From an uncultured archaeon (lineage in GTDB: Archaea; Asgardarchaeota; Heimdallarchaeia; Heimdallarchaeales; Heimdallarchaeaceae), in contig CAZHRF010000010.1 of assembly GCA_964534625.1 (NCBI GenBank), positions 12,004 through 76,003 of the forward strand: a stretch of DNA of 64,000 bases. Direction: 5' to 3'. Position 1 is the first letter of the stretch; the number at the start of each line of letters is the position of its first letter. Position numbers and translations under genes: made by a program. Below the pieces are notes generated by a model. That model had not been told where the DNA came from. It did no database searches and saw nothing but the letters and a program-made list of their open reading frames with translations. Below are positions 29,851 through 38,260 of the stretch, piece by piece.

Positions 29851-30533
29851 TTTAATGTCTCCTTTAAATTACTAAATATAACTCGCCCATCTATTCCCCT
29901 TAGATAGTTGAAGCTTGCTCGCTCAGGATGAGGCATCATACCCAGTATATTTCCAGTTTTATTTGTTATTCCAGCGATATTTAATAAAGAACCGTTAGGA
30001 TTGGATTTAGAGGTTATTTTTCCTTCTTCATCACAGTACTGTAAAATTATTTGGTGATTTTTTTTCAGAGATTCAATGTTTCGTTTAATATCATAATAAT
30101 TTCCTTCATAATGTGCTATGGGGAGTTTGAGAACCTCGCCCGCTAAATTTTTTAATAAAGGAGTAACTGTTTCATTAACTCGAATATTTACCCATTTTGA
30201 AATAAATTTTGTTGAGGTGTTAGTTAGTAATACACCAGGTAAAAGACCAGCCTCACACAACATTTGAAATCCATTACATATTCCCATAACTACTGATCCG
30301 TTCTTAGCAAACTCAATAACTCTAGTCATTAACTGAGAATGTGCTGCTATTACACCAGGTCTAAGATAATCACCATAAGAAAAACCACCAGCCAATACTA
30401 TTGCATCCATATTAGAAACAAGATGAGATTCGTAGTGTGGAATATAAACAACTTTCATATCCAAGTCATGTAGTATCCTCGCCACATCTTGTTCATTATT
30501 GGTTCCAGGAAATTTGGTTATTCCAATTTGCAT
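29844..30533 (-). CDS. purQ: FGAM synthase glutaminase subunit
   Basis: FPGTN, GGFSYGDYLR, GICNGFQ, PIAHYEG, NPNGS, GMMPHPER. Confidence 0.97.
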   Translation of the reverse strand: MQIGITKFPGTNNEQDVARILHDLDMKVVYIPHYESHLVSNMDAIVLAGGFSYGDYLRPGVIAAHSQLMTRVIEFAKNGSVVMGICNGFQMLCEAGLLPGVLLTNTSTKFISKWVNIRVNETVTPLLKNLAGEVLKLPIAHYEGNYYDIKRNIESLKKNHQIILQYCDEEGKITSKSNPNGSLLNIAGITNKTGNILGMMPHPERASFNYLRGIDGRVIFSNLKETLKC

Positions 30534-30560
30534 TTAATTCACCATACATCCACATTTAAT

Positions 30561-31544
30561 TCATTCTTCAAAGACTACTTCCATTTCAAAGTCTTCAATT
30601 AAAGGATTGGAGAGGATTTCCTTACAAATTTTTTCTGTCTTTTTGACTAAGTTATCCGATGGAACTTCTGTGAACTCTAATAGAGCACACTTACCAAGTC
30701 TTACCAGCTCCAGATTTTCATATCCTAAACGCTTTAATGCTCTGTGAGTTACCTCACCAGCTGGATCAAGAACAGAGGATTTCAAGGTTATGGAAACAAC
30801 TATTTTAGTCTTGAGATCTAAAATAAATGGTTTAATCTCACTTAGTCTATTATTTATTTCATCATAATGCTTAATTACATCTCCCAAGTTTTTCCTATAT
30901 CGATCTTTATCTTTTATCTCACCCGTTTCTTTTTCCCATAAACGCATAGAATCAGCAGAAATTTCATCAGCAAGAACTAATCGCCCATCATTAGTTATAC
31001 CAAATTCCAGTTTGAAATCAACCAATTGTAATGAAATTTTATTAAATAATTCAATCAATATTTTATTTGTTGCCCGAGTTATAGCTTCCATAAGCATGGC
31101 TTGCTTTTTATTAACCCATCCTAGTTTAATAGATGCTTCTTTATTTACTAGCGGATCATGTAATTCATCATCTTTATAGAAAAATTCTATCAATGGTTCT
31201 GGGAAATGTTCTCCTTCTTTAATTCCATATCTTCGGCAAAAACTACCCGCAGTTATGTTTCTACAAACTACTTCTACAGGTAATATGTTAACATAATCAC
31301 AGATTAAAGAGGTTTCAGATAACTTGGAGATATAATGGGTAGGAATACCATTTTTTTCTAATAATTCAAATAATAATACAGTAGTCTTACAATTTGCTCG
31401 ACCTTTACCTTCTAATTTATCTGTCTTTTTTCCATCAAATGCAGTAATTGAATCTCTAAAAATCAATTCAACTTTCCCATCTTCTCTTACAATAACATCT
31501 TTTGCTTTTCCTGAGTACTTTGTCACTAATAACACCTTTTGCAT
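30561..31544 (-). CDS. purC: SAICAR synthetase fused to PurS
   Basis: PurC motifs (GKAK, EVVCRN, DELHDP, DFKLEFG, ADEIS, DKDRYR), then about 80 aa PurS (ITLKSSVLDPAGE...VRLGK...ILSNPLIEDF). Confidence 0.93.
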   Translation of the reverse strand: MQKVLLVTKYSGKAKDVIVREDGKVELIFRDSITAFDGKKTDKLEGKGRANCKTTVLLFELLEKNGIPTHYISKLSETSLICDYVNILPVEVVCRNITAGSFCRRYGIKEGEHFPEPLIEFFYKDDELHDPLVNKEASIKLGWVNKKQAMLMEAITRATNKILIELFNKISLQLVDFKLEFGITNDGRLVLADEISADSMRLWEKETGEIKDKDRYRKNLGDVIKHYDEINNRLSEIKPFILDLKTKIVVSITLKSSVLDPAGEVTHRALKRLGYENLELVRLGKCALLEFTEVPSDNLVKKTEKICKEILSNPLIEDFEMEVVFEE

Positions 31545-31788
31545 TACAATGTAAATTGTTCTTTTTGTGAATTTGTGAATTCAAATGAGTTGTATTAATA
31601 AACTTTACGGCTCAGAAGAAAAAAGCATAAATAGACGACAAAAAAAACAACGGGTCAAATATTCAGAAAAGCATAAAAGAAAAGCAATAAAAAGGAAGAA
31701 TTTTGCAAAACCTTGCAAAAAACGAATCCCTATGAACCTATGAAAACCAAACCAATAACTTATTAGTTATTATATCTATTGCTTAGAT
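31545..31788. promoter_or_regulatory. Divergent pur operon / regulator control region with short repeats
   Basis: TTTGTGAA x2 (31564-31579), AAAAGCA(A)TAAA x3, TTGCAAAA x2 (31701-31720), CCTATGAA x2 (31729-31744), palindrome AATAACT-N4-AGTTATT (31754-31771). Confidence 0.5.
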
Positions 31789-32559
31789 ATGCTACCTGAA
31801 AGTGTAATCGATGCTCAAGAGAAAATTATGGCAATAACTTTACTACAAATGGCTTTTAAAAAACAGGATATGACACTTGAATCTATGAGCAATTTATTAG
31901 AAAAACAAGGGATCTCTCTATCTGTTGCAAACATATCTCGATATGTCAGGGGAAAAGCACTACCAAAATCAAAATTAAAAGACGAATTACTCAACTTTTT
32001 TGTGGAAAATAAAAATTTGGAGTTAAATATCTCACATCTCATTGAAAATCATATTACAGTTATTTCAAGAGAATCTAAGACAACAGTAATTAATAACACC
32101 CATCTATTAAATGACTCTAACACACTTCAGATAATACTTTTTTCAGCCATATATCAAGGAATAATCCCGAGGGAAATAAATAAAGTCATTACATCTGAGG
32201 TTGATGGAATACCTGTTGCTATGACTCTTGCACATCTACTTAATGTTGATGGGGTATATGCCAGAAGAAAAAAACCCGTTGGTACTACAAAATTTATTTA
32301 TGAAGATATTGAATCAACAAGTTCAAGCAGAATCGAAACTATCTTTTTTCCTGATAAATTCATAAGACCAAAAGAAAAAATTTTGATAGTAGATGATATT
32401 ATTCGATCAGGTGCAACACAGAGAGCACTAATTAATCTGGTTAGAAAAGCGGATGCCATTCCCACAAAATGTTTGGGTTTAATAGGTATTGGAGAACAGT
32501 GGAAAGAGATAACAGAATTAAAATCTGTGCCCTTTAAAGTCCTAAAGGTAATATGTTAA
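31789..32559 (+). CDS. HTH plus phosphoribosyltransferase-fold protein (PurR-like regulator)
   Basis: N-terminal HTH (LSVANISRYVRGKALP), PRT fold with TSEVDGIP, ARRKK and PRPP loop ILIVDDIIRSGAT; divergent from the pur operon. Confidence 0.8.
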   Translation: MLPESVIDAQEKIMAITLLQMAFKKQDMTLESMSNLLEKQGISLSVANISRYVRGKALPKSKLKDELLNFFVENKNLELNISHLIENHITVISRESKTTVINNTHLLNDSNTLQIILFSAIYQGIIPREINKVITSEVDGIPVAMTLAHLLNVDGVYARRKKPVGTTKFIYEDIESTSSSRIETIFFPDKFIRPKEKILIVDDIIRSGATQRALINLVRKADAIPTKCLGLIGIGEQWKEITELKSVPFKVLKVIC

Positions 32560-32629
32560 CGAAATGATAGCAATTAATACCAGCAAAATGTTTTTTTAGT
32601 ATGATGATTAATGGTTCTTGGTTAGGTCT

Positions 32630-33526
32630 ATGAATCCTTATGAAAAAATGTCATCTAATCTCCATCAAAGTGTTTTAGCTCTTATACTAGGTTTAATCTT
32701 TAGTGCGCTTTTGATACCTGTTTTTGCAATCAATCCAGACCATATCAATAATGTGTTAATTTTAGTAATATTTGCGGTTCCACTGTTATTTATTGTGGCT
32801 CTTATTGCCATCTCAGAGTGTATTTATTGCTATAAAGATGATGTTGATCTTGATAGAACCCTAGCCATGATAGGTCCTATGATGAAATCACTCTTTCTAT
32901 CCATTCCTGCAGTACTCTTATATAGCGCCATAATTATTATTTTAAAAGCCTTAATTGAAGAGTTTGATAAAGCTATAGAACCTATTTTTTCAGAAGTAAT
33001 ACAAGGAGTAGACCCTATTGTTGCTATTCCTATTATTAACTTTTTACCAATTTTTGTGATGATCACCGCTTTACCATTCATATTGTTCTTATATGGTAAG
33101 ATACATGTATTAATCTGGGGAGAAAAAGAATCAAAGGAAGAAATGAAAAAATCCGAAAAAGAAAGGCAGGAGAAGACTTACCAAGAGAGACTAGAATCCG
33201 TATTAAAAAATTATAATACGCACATGAGGCAACTCAATTTATATGCAATGCAGATCCAAACAATACCAGATGAGATAGAACGAGTAAATGATCCAACCAA
33301 ATATAAGAACCTCCATATGCGATTAGTAATGATGCGAGATTATGTATCTTCTATCGAAGTGAATACAGAAACAAAAAGTTATCAAAGGATAAAAGAGGAA
33401 GATAAAGTAAAAAGTAAGATAGAACAATTTGAGAAAATAAAAAGTACACTGACAAAACTGATTAAGGAAAGTATAGCTACACTTGAAGAAGATAAAAAAG
33501 AGTTCAAGCCTAGTGATGATGATTAA
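32630..33526 (+). CDS. Membrane protein with C-terminal coiled coil
   Basis: Four TM segments then a charged helical tail. Confidence 0.7.
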   Translation: MNPYEKMSSNLHQSVLALILGLIFSALLIPVFAINPDHINNVLILVIFAVPLLFIVALIAISECIYCYKDDVDLDRTLAMIGPMMKSLFLSIPAVLLYSAIIIILKALIEEFDKAIEPIFSEVIQGVDPIVAIPIINFLPIFVMITALPFILFLYGKIHVLIWGEKESKEEMKKSEKERQEKTYQERLESVLKNYNTHMRQLNLYAMQIQTIPDEIERVNDPTKYKNLHMRLVMMRDYVSSIEVNTETKSYQRIKEEDKVKSKIEQFEKIKSTLTKLIKESIATLEEDKKEFKPSDDD

Positions 33527-33771
33527 TTTCCTCTTAAATAATGTGAGCAACAGGTGTTCCTGTCATCAAATCATTTATTTCTTTAAGTATTCCAATAATT
33601 TAAAACCCGTGTGTGTATTCAATAATTGATTTTCAGACAAATTTATAACCACAATAATAATTAGTCATTGGGTAGAAAAAACTGAATGAAAAGAACAAGT
33701 TAGTTGAGTGGTTATCAATTATAGCAGAAAGATTATACATAAATGAGAGAAGTAAAGCAGCCTTACTCCTC

Positions 33772-34986
33772 ATGTCAATCATTGCCATGATCCCGTTATC
33801 AATCTTTGGTGCATATGTTGGTCTCTTCTTGGAAGAGATTGGAACAATAAACATCATAATTGGATTTGTTTTGGCAATGCGCAATATATTTCAAATTTTC
33901 TTACGTGTTCCTATGGGCAATTTTTCACAGATTATTGGAAGGAGACCATTGCTTCTTAATGGTGTGTTCTGCTACTCATTTTCTTTATTTATTTTGTTTT
34001 TTTCTTCTCATTGGATTTTTGTGTTAATCGCAGTTTTTTTCTTGGCGTTAGGTATGGCGAGTTATTGGCCTGTACTCTTTTCCTATATTGGTGATATTGA
34101 GAAAGAAAATATAGGTAATGTTCAAGGCCGAGTGTTCCAAGCCAATGATATAGGAACAATTATTGGATCCATTTTTGCTTATTTGTTACTAGAAAAATCA
34201 GGTGTAGGATTAGAACATCTGTTTGGTTGGGGAGCTCTAATTGGATTTGTGGGTGTAATAACTCTTTTTTATTTGCTTCCTGAAACACTACCTAAAGAAC
34301 AACGATATCAAGTTGATTCTAAAATATTGGCACTTCTCAATTCTTTTGTATCAATGCTCAGAACAGTATATAAGACTTCGAAAAACAAGTCGTTAGGACT
34401 TATTTACCTTTTTCAGCTGGTTATAAGTTTCTTAGAATATTTCGTATCATCATTCTTTCCCTTTCTAATTGTTTTTAAAGGGTATTCTAAAGGGGTAGTA
34501 GCCCAAATAGTGTGGATAACAGCTGCATCATTATTGTTTTTCAAACCTTATTTTGGTGGGCTTATTGACAAATTTGGGGTTAAGAAGCCGCTTAGTATTA
34601 GTTTAATCTTATCTGCATCTGCTGTTTTTCTTCTCATTACTGTTGATTCACTTCTTTTTTTGATTCTTATCTATATGCTCTATAGTGCAACAATATTAAC
34701 TTGTTATTTAGGAGTTAATACAGGTACCACTTTAGCTTCTTCTCAAAAAGACAGAGGGATGGCACTAGGCACACTTGGTTTTTATGTTTCTTTAGGTAGA
34801 TCTGTTTCAACAATAAGCTTATCGCCTCTGTGGGGTCCATTGGGTTTGGAAATGTTATTTGTATTAACAGCCCTTTTTGTGATTTTAACATCAGTGCTCT
34901 TATTATTTTTATCAAGAAATGTTACTATCGATAGTATGAAGGAAATCCAATCCATAATGAGACAAGAAAGCGATAATAACAGTTAA
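33772..34986 (+). CDS. MFS transporter
   Basis: About 12 TM helices, motif A-like GNFSQIIGRR and GGLIDKFGVK. The frame is open upstream to about 33676, so the true start may be earlier. Confidence 0.88.
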   Translation: MSIIAMIPLSIFGAYVGLFLEEIGTINIIIGFVLAMRNIFQIFLRVPMGNFSQIIGRRPLLLNGVFCYSFSLFILFFSSHWIFVLIAVFFLALGMASYWPVLFSYIGDIEKENIGNVQGRVFQANDIGTIIGSIFAYLLLEKSGVGLEHLFGWGALIGFVGVITLFYLLPETLPKEQRYQVDSKILALLNSFVSMLRTVYKTSKNKSLGLIYLFQLVISFLEYFVSSFFPFLIVFKGYSKGVVAQIVWITAASLLFFKPYFGGLIDKFGVKKPLSISLILSASAVFLLITVDSLLFLILIYMLYSATILTCYLGVNTGTTLASSQKDRGMALGTLGFYVSLGRSVSTISLSPLWGPLGLEMLFVLTALFVILTSVLLLFLSRNVTIDSMKEIQSIMRQESDNNS

Positions 34987-35062
34987 ATCCATTTGTTCGC
35001 AAATTCTTTACTTTTGCTTTTTAAGAAAAAAATGTTAAAAGAAAAAAGAGATTACACTGATT

Positions 35063-35722
35063 TTAAGACTTTTTATAAGCTTCCATTATTTTCTCTACAA
35101 AATGCTCTTCTGGGACAGCGCCTTCAAAAGACACTTTACCTTGATTAACTACAATCCTAGGTACTCCCATGACATGAAATTTATTAGATAATTCTGGGAA
35201 TTCTTGTGCTTCTATCATTTCTCCAATTATATTATTATTAGCCATTGCTATCTTATGCGCCATTCTTACTGCGCCAGGACAATAAGGGCATGTGGGTGTA
35301 ACAAATACCATTATATGCATGGGTTTATCTATTTTCTCAATTTTCTCTAAATTTTCTTTTTTCAAAGTTACACGCCCGAGAGAGAGATCAATAATATCTT
35401 CAATAATACTCCCAAATTCATATCCTGAAAATATTCCAGAAAATCTGATGTCTCTGTCATGTCCGCCATACAAGATTGTTGTGGGAAATCTTGTAACATG
35501 GTATTTTTTGAAGGTTTCACTGTCTTTTTCTTTATTATAGATCTGAAGATCGATTTTATTTTCTGGTGCTAAAGTTTTAATTAATTGTAAAATCTCTTCA
35601 GTTTGCTTACATGTTAAGCATCTCTCTTCTGATACAAAAAGTTTAATTGTTACAGTGTTTTGCATGTGCTTTAATAATTCTTCAACTTGTCTTTTTACAT
35701 TATCTTCTATATCTAATGACAT
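35063..35722 (-). CDS. Protein disulfide oxidoreductase (two thioredoxin folds)
   Basis: CLTC and FVTPTCPYCP, GVPRIV, FEGAVPE. Confidence 0.92.
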   Translation of the reverse strand: MSLDIEDNVKRQVEELLKHMQNTVTIKLFVSEERCLTCKQTEEILQLIKTLAPENKIDLQIYNKEKDSETFKKYHVTRFPTTILYGGHDRDIRFSGIFSGYEFGSIIEDIIDLSLGRVTLKKENLEKIEKIDKPMHIMVFVTPTCPYCPGAVRMAHKIAMANNNIIGEMIEAQEFPELSNKFHVMGVPRIVVNQGKVSFEGAVPEEHFVEKIMEAYKKS

Positions 35723-35946
35723 AAATTACACTCTCTAATCACAAATTAAATACCTTTTTATGTATCAAAAATGTGAAAAATAACATATAAAACAAGAGAA
35801 TATCCACTTTTTAGACATTATGATGAACATATTGATGATATAAAATTTGCAGAAGAGATTAAATAGAGAGATGAACTACTCCACCCCAAGTGAGTGGGCA
35901 TTCTGGCTAGTATAGGTAAAAAAATTGAAGAACTTCAAATCTTTTC

Positions 35947-36639
35947 TTATTCTAATATAATCCTAGCATCTATTGCCTTTATCCCTTTTTCTGTAACCAT
36001 CAAAGGATTAAGATCTATTTCTTTAATTATAGGGTTGTTTTCCACCAAGCCAGAGATGTTTAACATCAGTTCAGTTAATTCATTCATATCTATTGCAGGT
36101 TGTCCTCTAAATCCATGTAAAATTTTTTTCCCCGTAATTTCATCTACCATTTCCTCAACATCTTCTTTTGTAATAGGAATTAAGCGAAATGAAACATCTT
36201 TGTATACTTCCACAAATACCCCTCCTATACCAAAGGCAATCATTTTACCGAATTGAGGATCAGTTGTTTGTCCAATTATTATTTCTACTCCGCTAACCAT
36301 TTCTTCTATGCTTACACCTTCAATTTCAGCCTCAGGATAATTTTGCTTTATACTCTCCATCATATCGTCATATGATTCAACTAGTTGTTCTTCTGCACTA
36401 ATACCTACTTTTACTCCACCGGCATCACTTTTGTGAATAACATCTTCAGAAATAATTTTCAGAACTACAGGATAACCAATCTCTTTTGCTTTTTCCTTAC
36501 ATTCATCTATATTTTTTGCTACTGCCATCTTATTGAGAGGTATATTAGCTTTTTTCATTACTTCACGTGATTCCTCATAAGTCAAAACCGTTCTATTTTG
36601 TTGCTTAATTTCATTTAATATATTACTAATTTCTGGCAT
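35947..36639 (-). CDS. acdB: ADP-forming acyl-CoA ligase beta subunit (second copy)
   Basis: GYPVVLKIISEDVIHKSDAGGV, DPQFG, EIDLNP, DARI. Confidence 0.92.
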   Translation of the reverse strand: MPEISNILNEIKQQNRTVLTYEESREVMKKANIPLNKMAVAKNIDECKEKAKEIGYPVVLKIISEDVIHKSDAGGVKVGISAEEQLVESYDDMMESIKQNYPEAEIEGVSIEEMVSGVEIIIGQTTDPQFGKMIAFGIGGVFVEVYKDVSFRLIPITKEDVEEMVDEITGKKILHGFRGQPAIDMNELTELMLNISGLVENNPIIKEIDLNPLMVTEKGIKAIDARIILE

Positions 36640-36641
36640 TT

Positions 36642-38081
36642 TTACTCGTCCTTTAGATTCTTTTTTCTCTTTTTTACCTTTTGTTTTCTAAGATATACTC
36701 CTCTATCAATTAGAGCTTTCATTGCTACTATTGTTCGTTCAGGGGCACTCATTGTTGGTATTCCTTGATGATTTAACCATTTAAAAGCATCCAGGTGCTC
36801 CATTCCTACAAAAGAAGTCACCATTGGTTTTGTTGTGTTTTTTGCTACTTCCCATATAGCTTTGGCTACTTTAGCAGGTTCAGCTCTACTTCCAGGATTG
36901 AATAAGGGACATACTCCATGGACTTCAGGAGATTCAACCAATATCTGAAGTACATCTTTATATCTAATATGATCCGCGTCTCCAATGATATCAACAGGAT
37001 TACTTTTACTCCATGTTGAAGGGCAAATTTCATCAATTTTGTCCGTTGTATCGTTAGAAAGTTCAGCGAGTGTTAATTCTATATCAGCACACTTGTCAGC
37101 TGCTATAACAATCACACCCCCTGCATTACTTACCAAAGCCACTTCTTCTCCCTCGGGGGGTAATTGAGTTGAAAATGCTTGTGCAACATCAAACAATTCA
37201 AACCATTCTTTAGCACGATACACGCCAGCTTGTTTAAAAGCTGCATCATAACTTGAATCGACAGTACTGATTGCTCCCGTATGACTTGAAGCTGCATTGG
37301 CTCCGTATTGAGTCCTCCCACTCTTAAGAACAACAATCGGAACACGATAAGTTAATTTTTTTGCCTCCTCATAGAAATTGCGCCCATTAGGCATGCTTTC
37401 TACATATAATCCTATACATTTAGTCTTTTCATCATGAGCAAAATAATTCAGTAAAGCTGCATCATCCACGTCAGGTTTATTCCCTATACTTACAAAATGA
37501 GAATACCCAATCCCAATTTTGTTACTGTGTAAAATTGCGGATATACATAAAGCCCCTGATTGACTCACAAAAGCTATATGACCCTTCTCGGGTGCTTCGT
37601 CGGCAAAAGTCCCATTAAAATTAATATGGGGATTATATATCCCCAGACAATTTGGACCAATTATCCTCAGATTATATCTATGGGCAATGTCAACTATTCT
37701 TTGCTCCTCCTTTGTTTTTCCTACTTCAGCGAATCCCGCAGTAATAATTACTACAGACTTAACATTTTTTTTTCCACATTCTTCAACAACCCCTTCAACA
37801 TATTTTGGGGGAACAACAATAATTGCTTGATCTACAGGACCCGGAATATCTAAAACAGTTTTATAGGCTTTATATCCCATAATTTGATCTGCTGTAGGAT
37901 GAACGGGATAAATTTTTCCTTTAAAACCTATTTTTGTATCTGCTCTTCCCACTTCGCCATGAACTAAATTATCAATCACACGGTTACCTATTTTATTGGG
38001 GGTAGGAGTAGCGCCAATTACTGCAACACTTTCAGGTTCAAAGAAAGCCTTAATATTATCTTCAATTACCAATGAAGTCAC
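36642..38081 (-). CDS. acdA: ADP-forming acyl-CoA ligase alpha subunit (second copy)
   Basis: FEPESVAVIGA, GPNCLG, SQSGAL, ASSHTGA, NPVDIIGDA. Confidence 0.92.
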   Translation of the reverse strand: MTSLVIEDNIKAFFEPESVAVIGATPTPNKIGNRVIDNLVHGEVGRADTKIGFKGKIYPVHPTADQIMGYKAYKTVLDIPGPVDQAIIVVPPKYVEGVVEECGKKNVKSVVIITAGFAEVGKTKEEQRIVDIAHRYNLRIIGPNCLGIYNPHINFNGTFADEAPEKGHIAFVSQSGALCISAILHSNKIGIGYSHFVSIGNKPDVDDAALLNYFAHDEKTKCIGLYVESMPNGRNFYEEAKKLTYRVPIVVLKSGRTQYGANAASSHTGAISTVDSSYDAAFKQAGVYRAKEWFELFDVAQAFSTQLPPEGEEVALVSNAGGVIVIAADKCADIELTLAELSNDTTDKIDEICPSTWSKSNPVDIIGDADHIRYKDVLQILVESPEVHGVCPLFNPGSRAEPAKVAKAIWEVAKNTTKPMVTSFVGMEHLDAFKWLNHQGIPTMSAPERTIVAMKALIDRGVYLRKQKVKKRKKNLKDE

Positions 38082-38260
38082 CGAATTGAACTATGTAGGT
38101 AGTTTAAAGGCAATATAAAAAATATTCTACTAAACATGATATAGCCAGTCCAAATAAACTCTCAAAGATTAAAGAGAGTGAGGGGGAGGTGAATAAACAA
38201 AGGTAAATATTCAATTCCATAAGTTTTATATTTTTCTAAATTATCTCTCTCTTGAAAAAA

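Noticed and set aside
31545-31788. Purine/ZTP riboswitch or Bacillus-type PurBox
   Set aside because: No recognisable aptamer core; only a weak CGAA-containing match.
35894-36256. 120-aa plus-strand ORF and similar short overlapping ORFs across the window
   Set aside because: Antisense or out-of-frame overlaps of well-supported genes.
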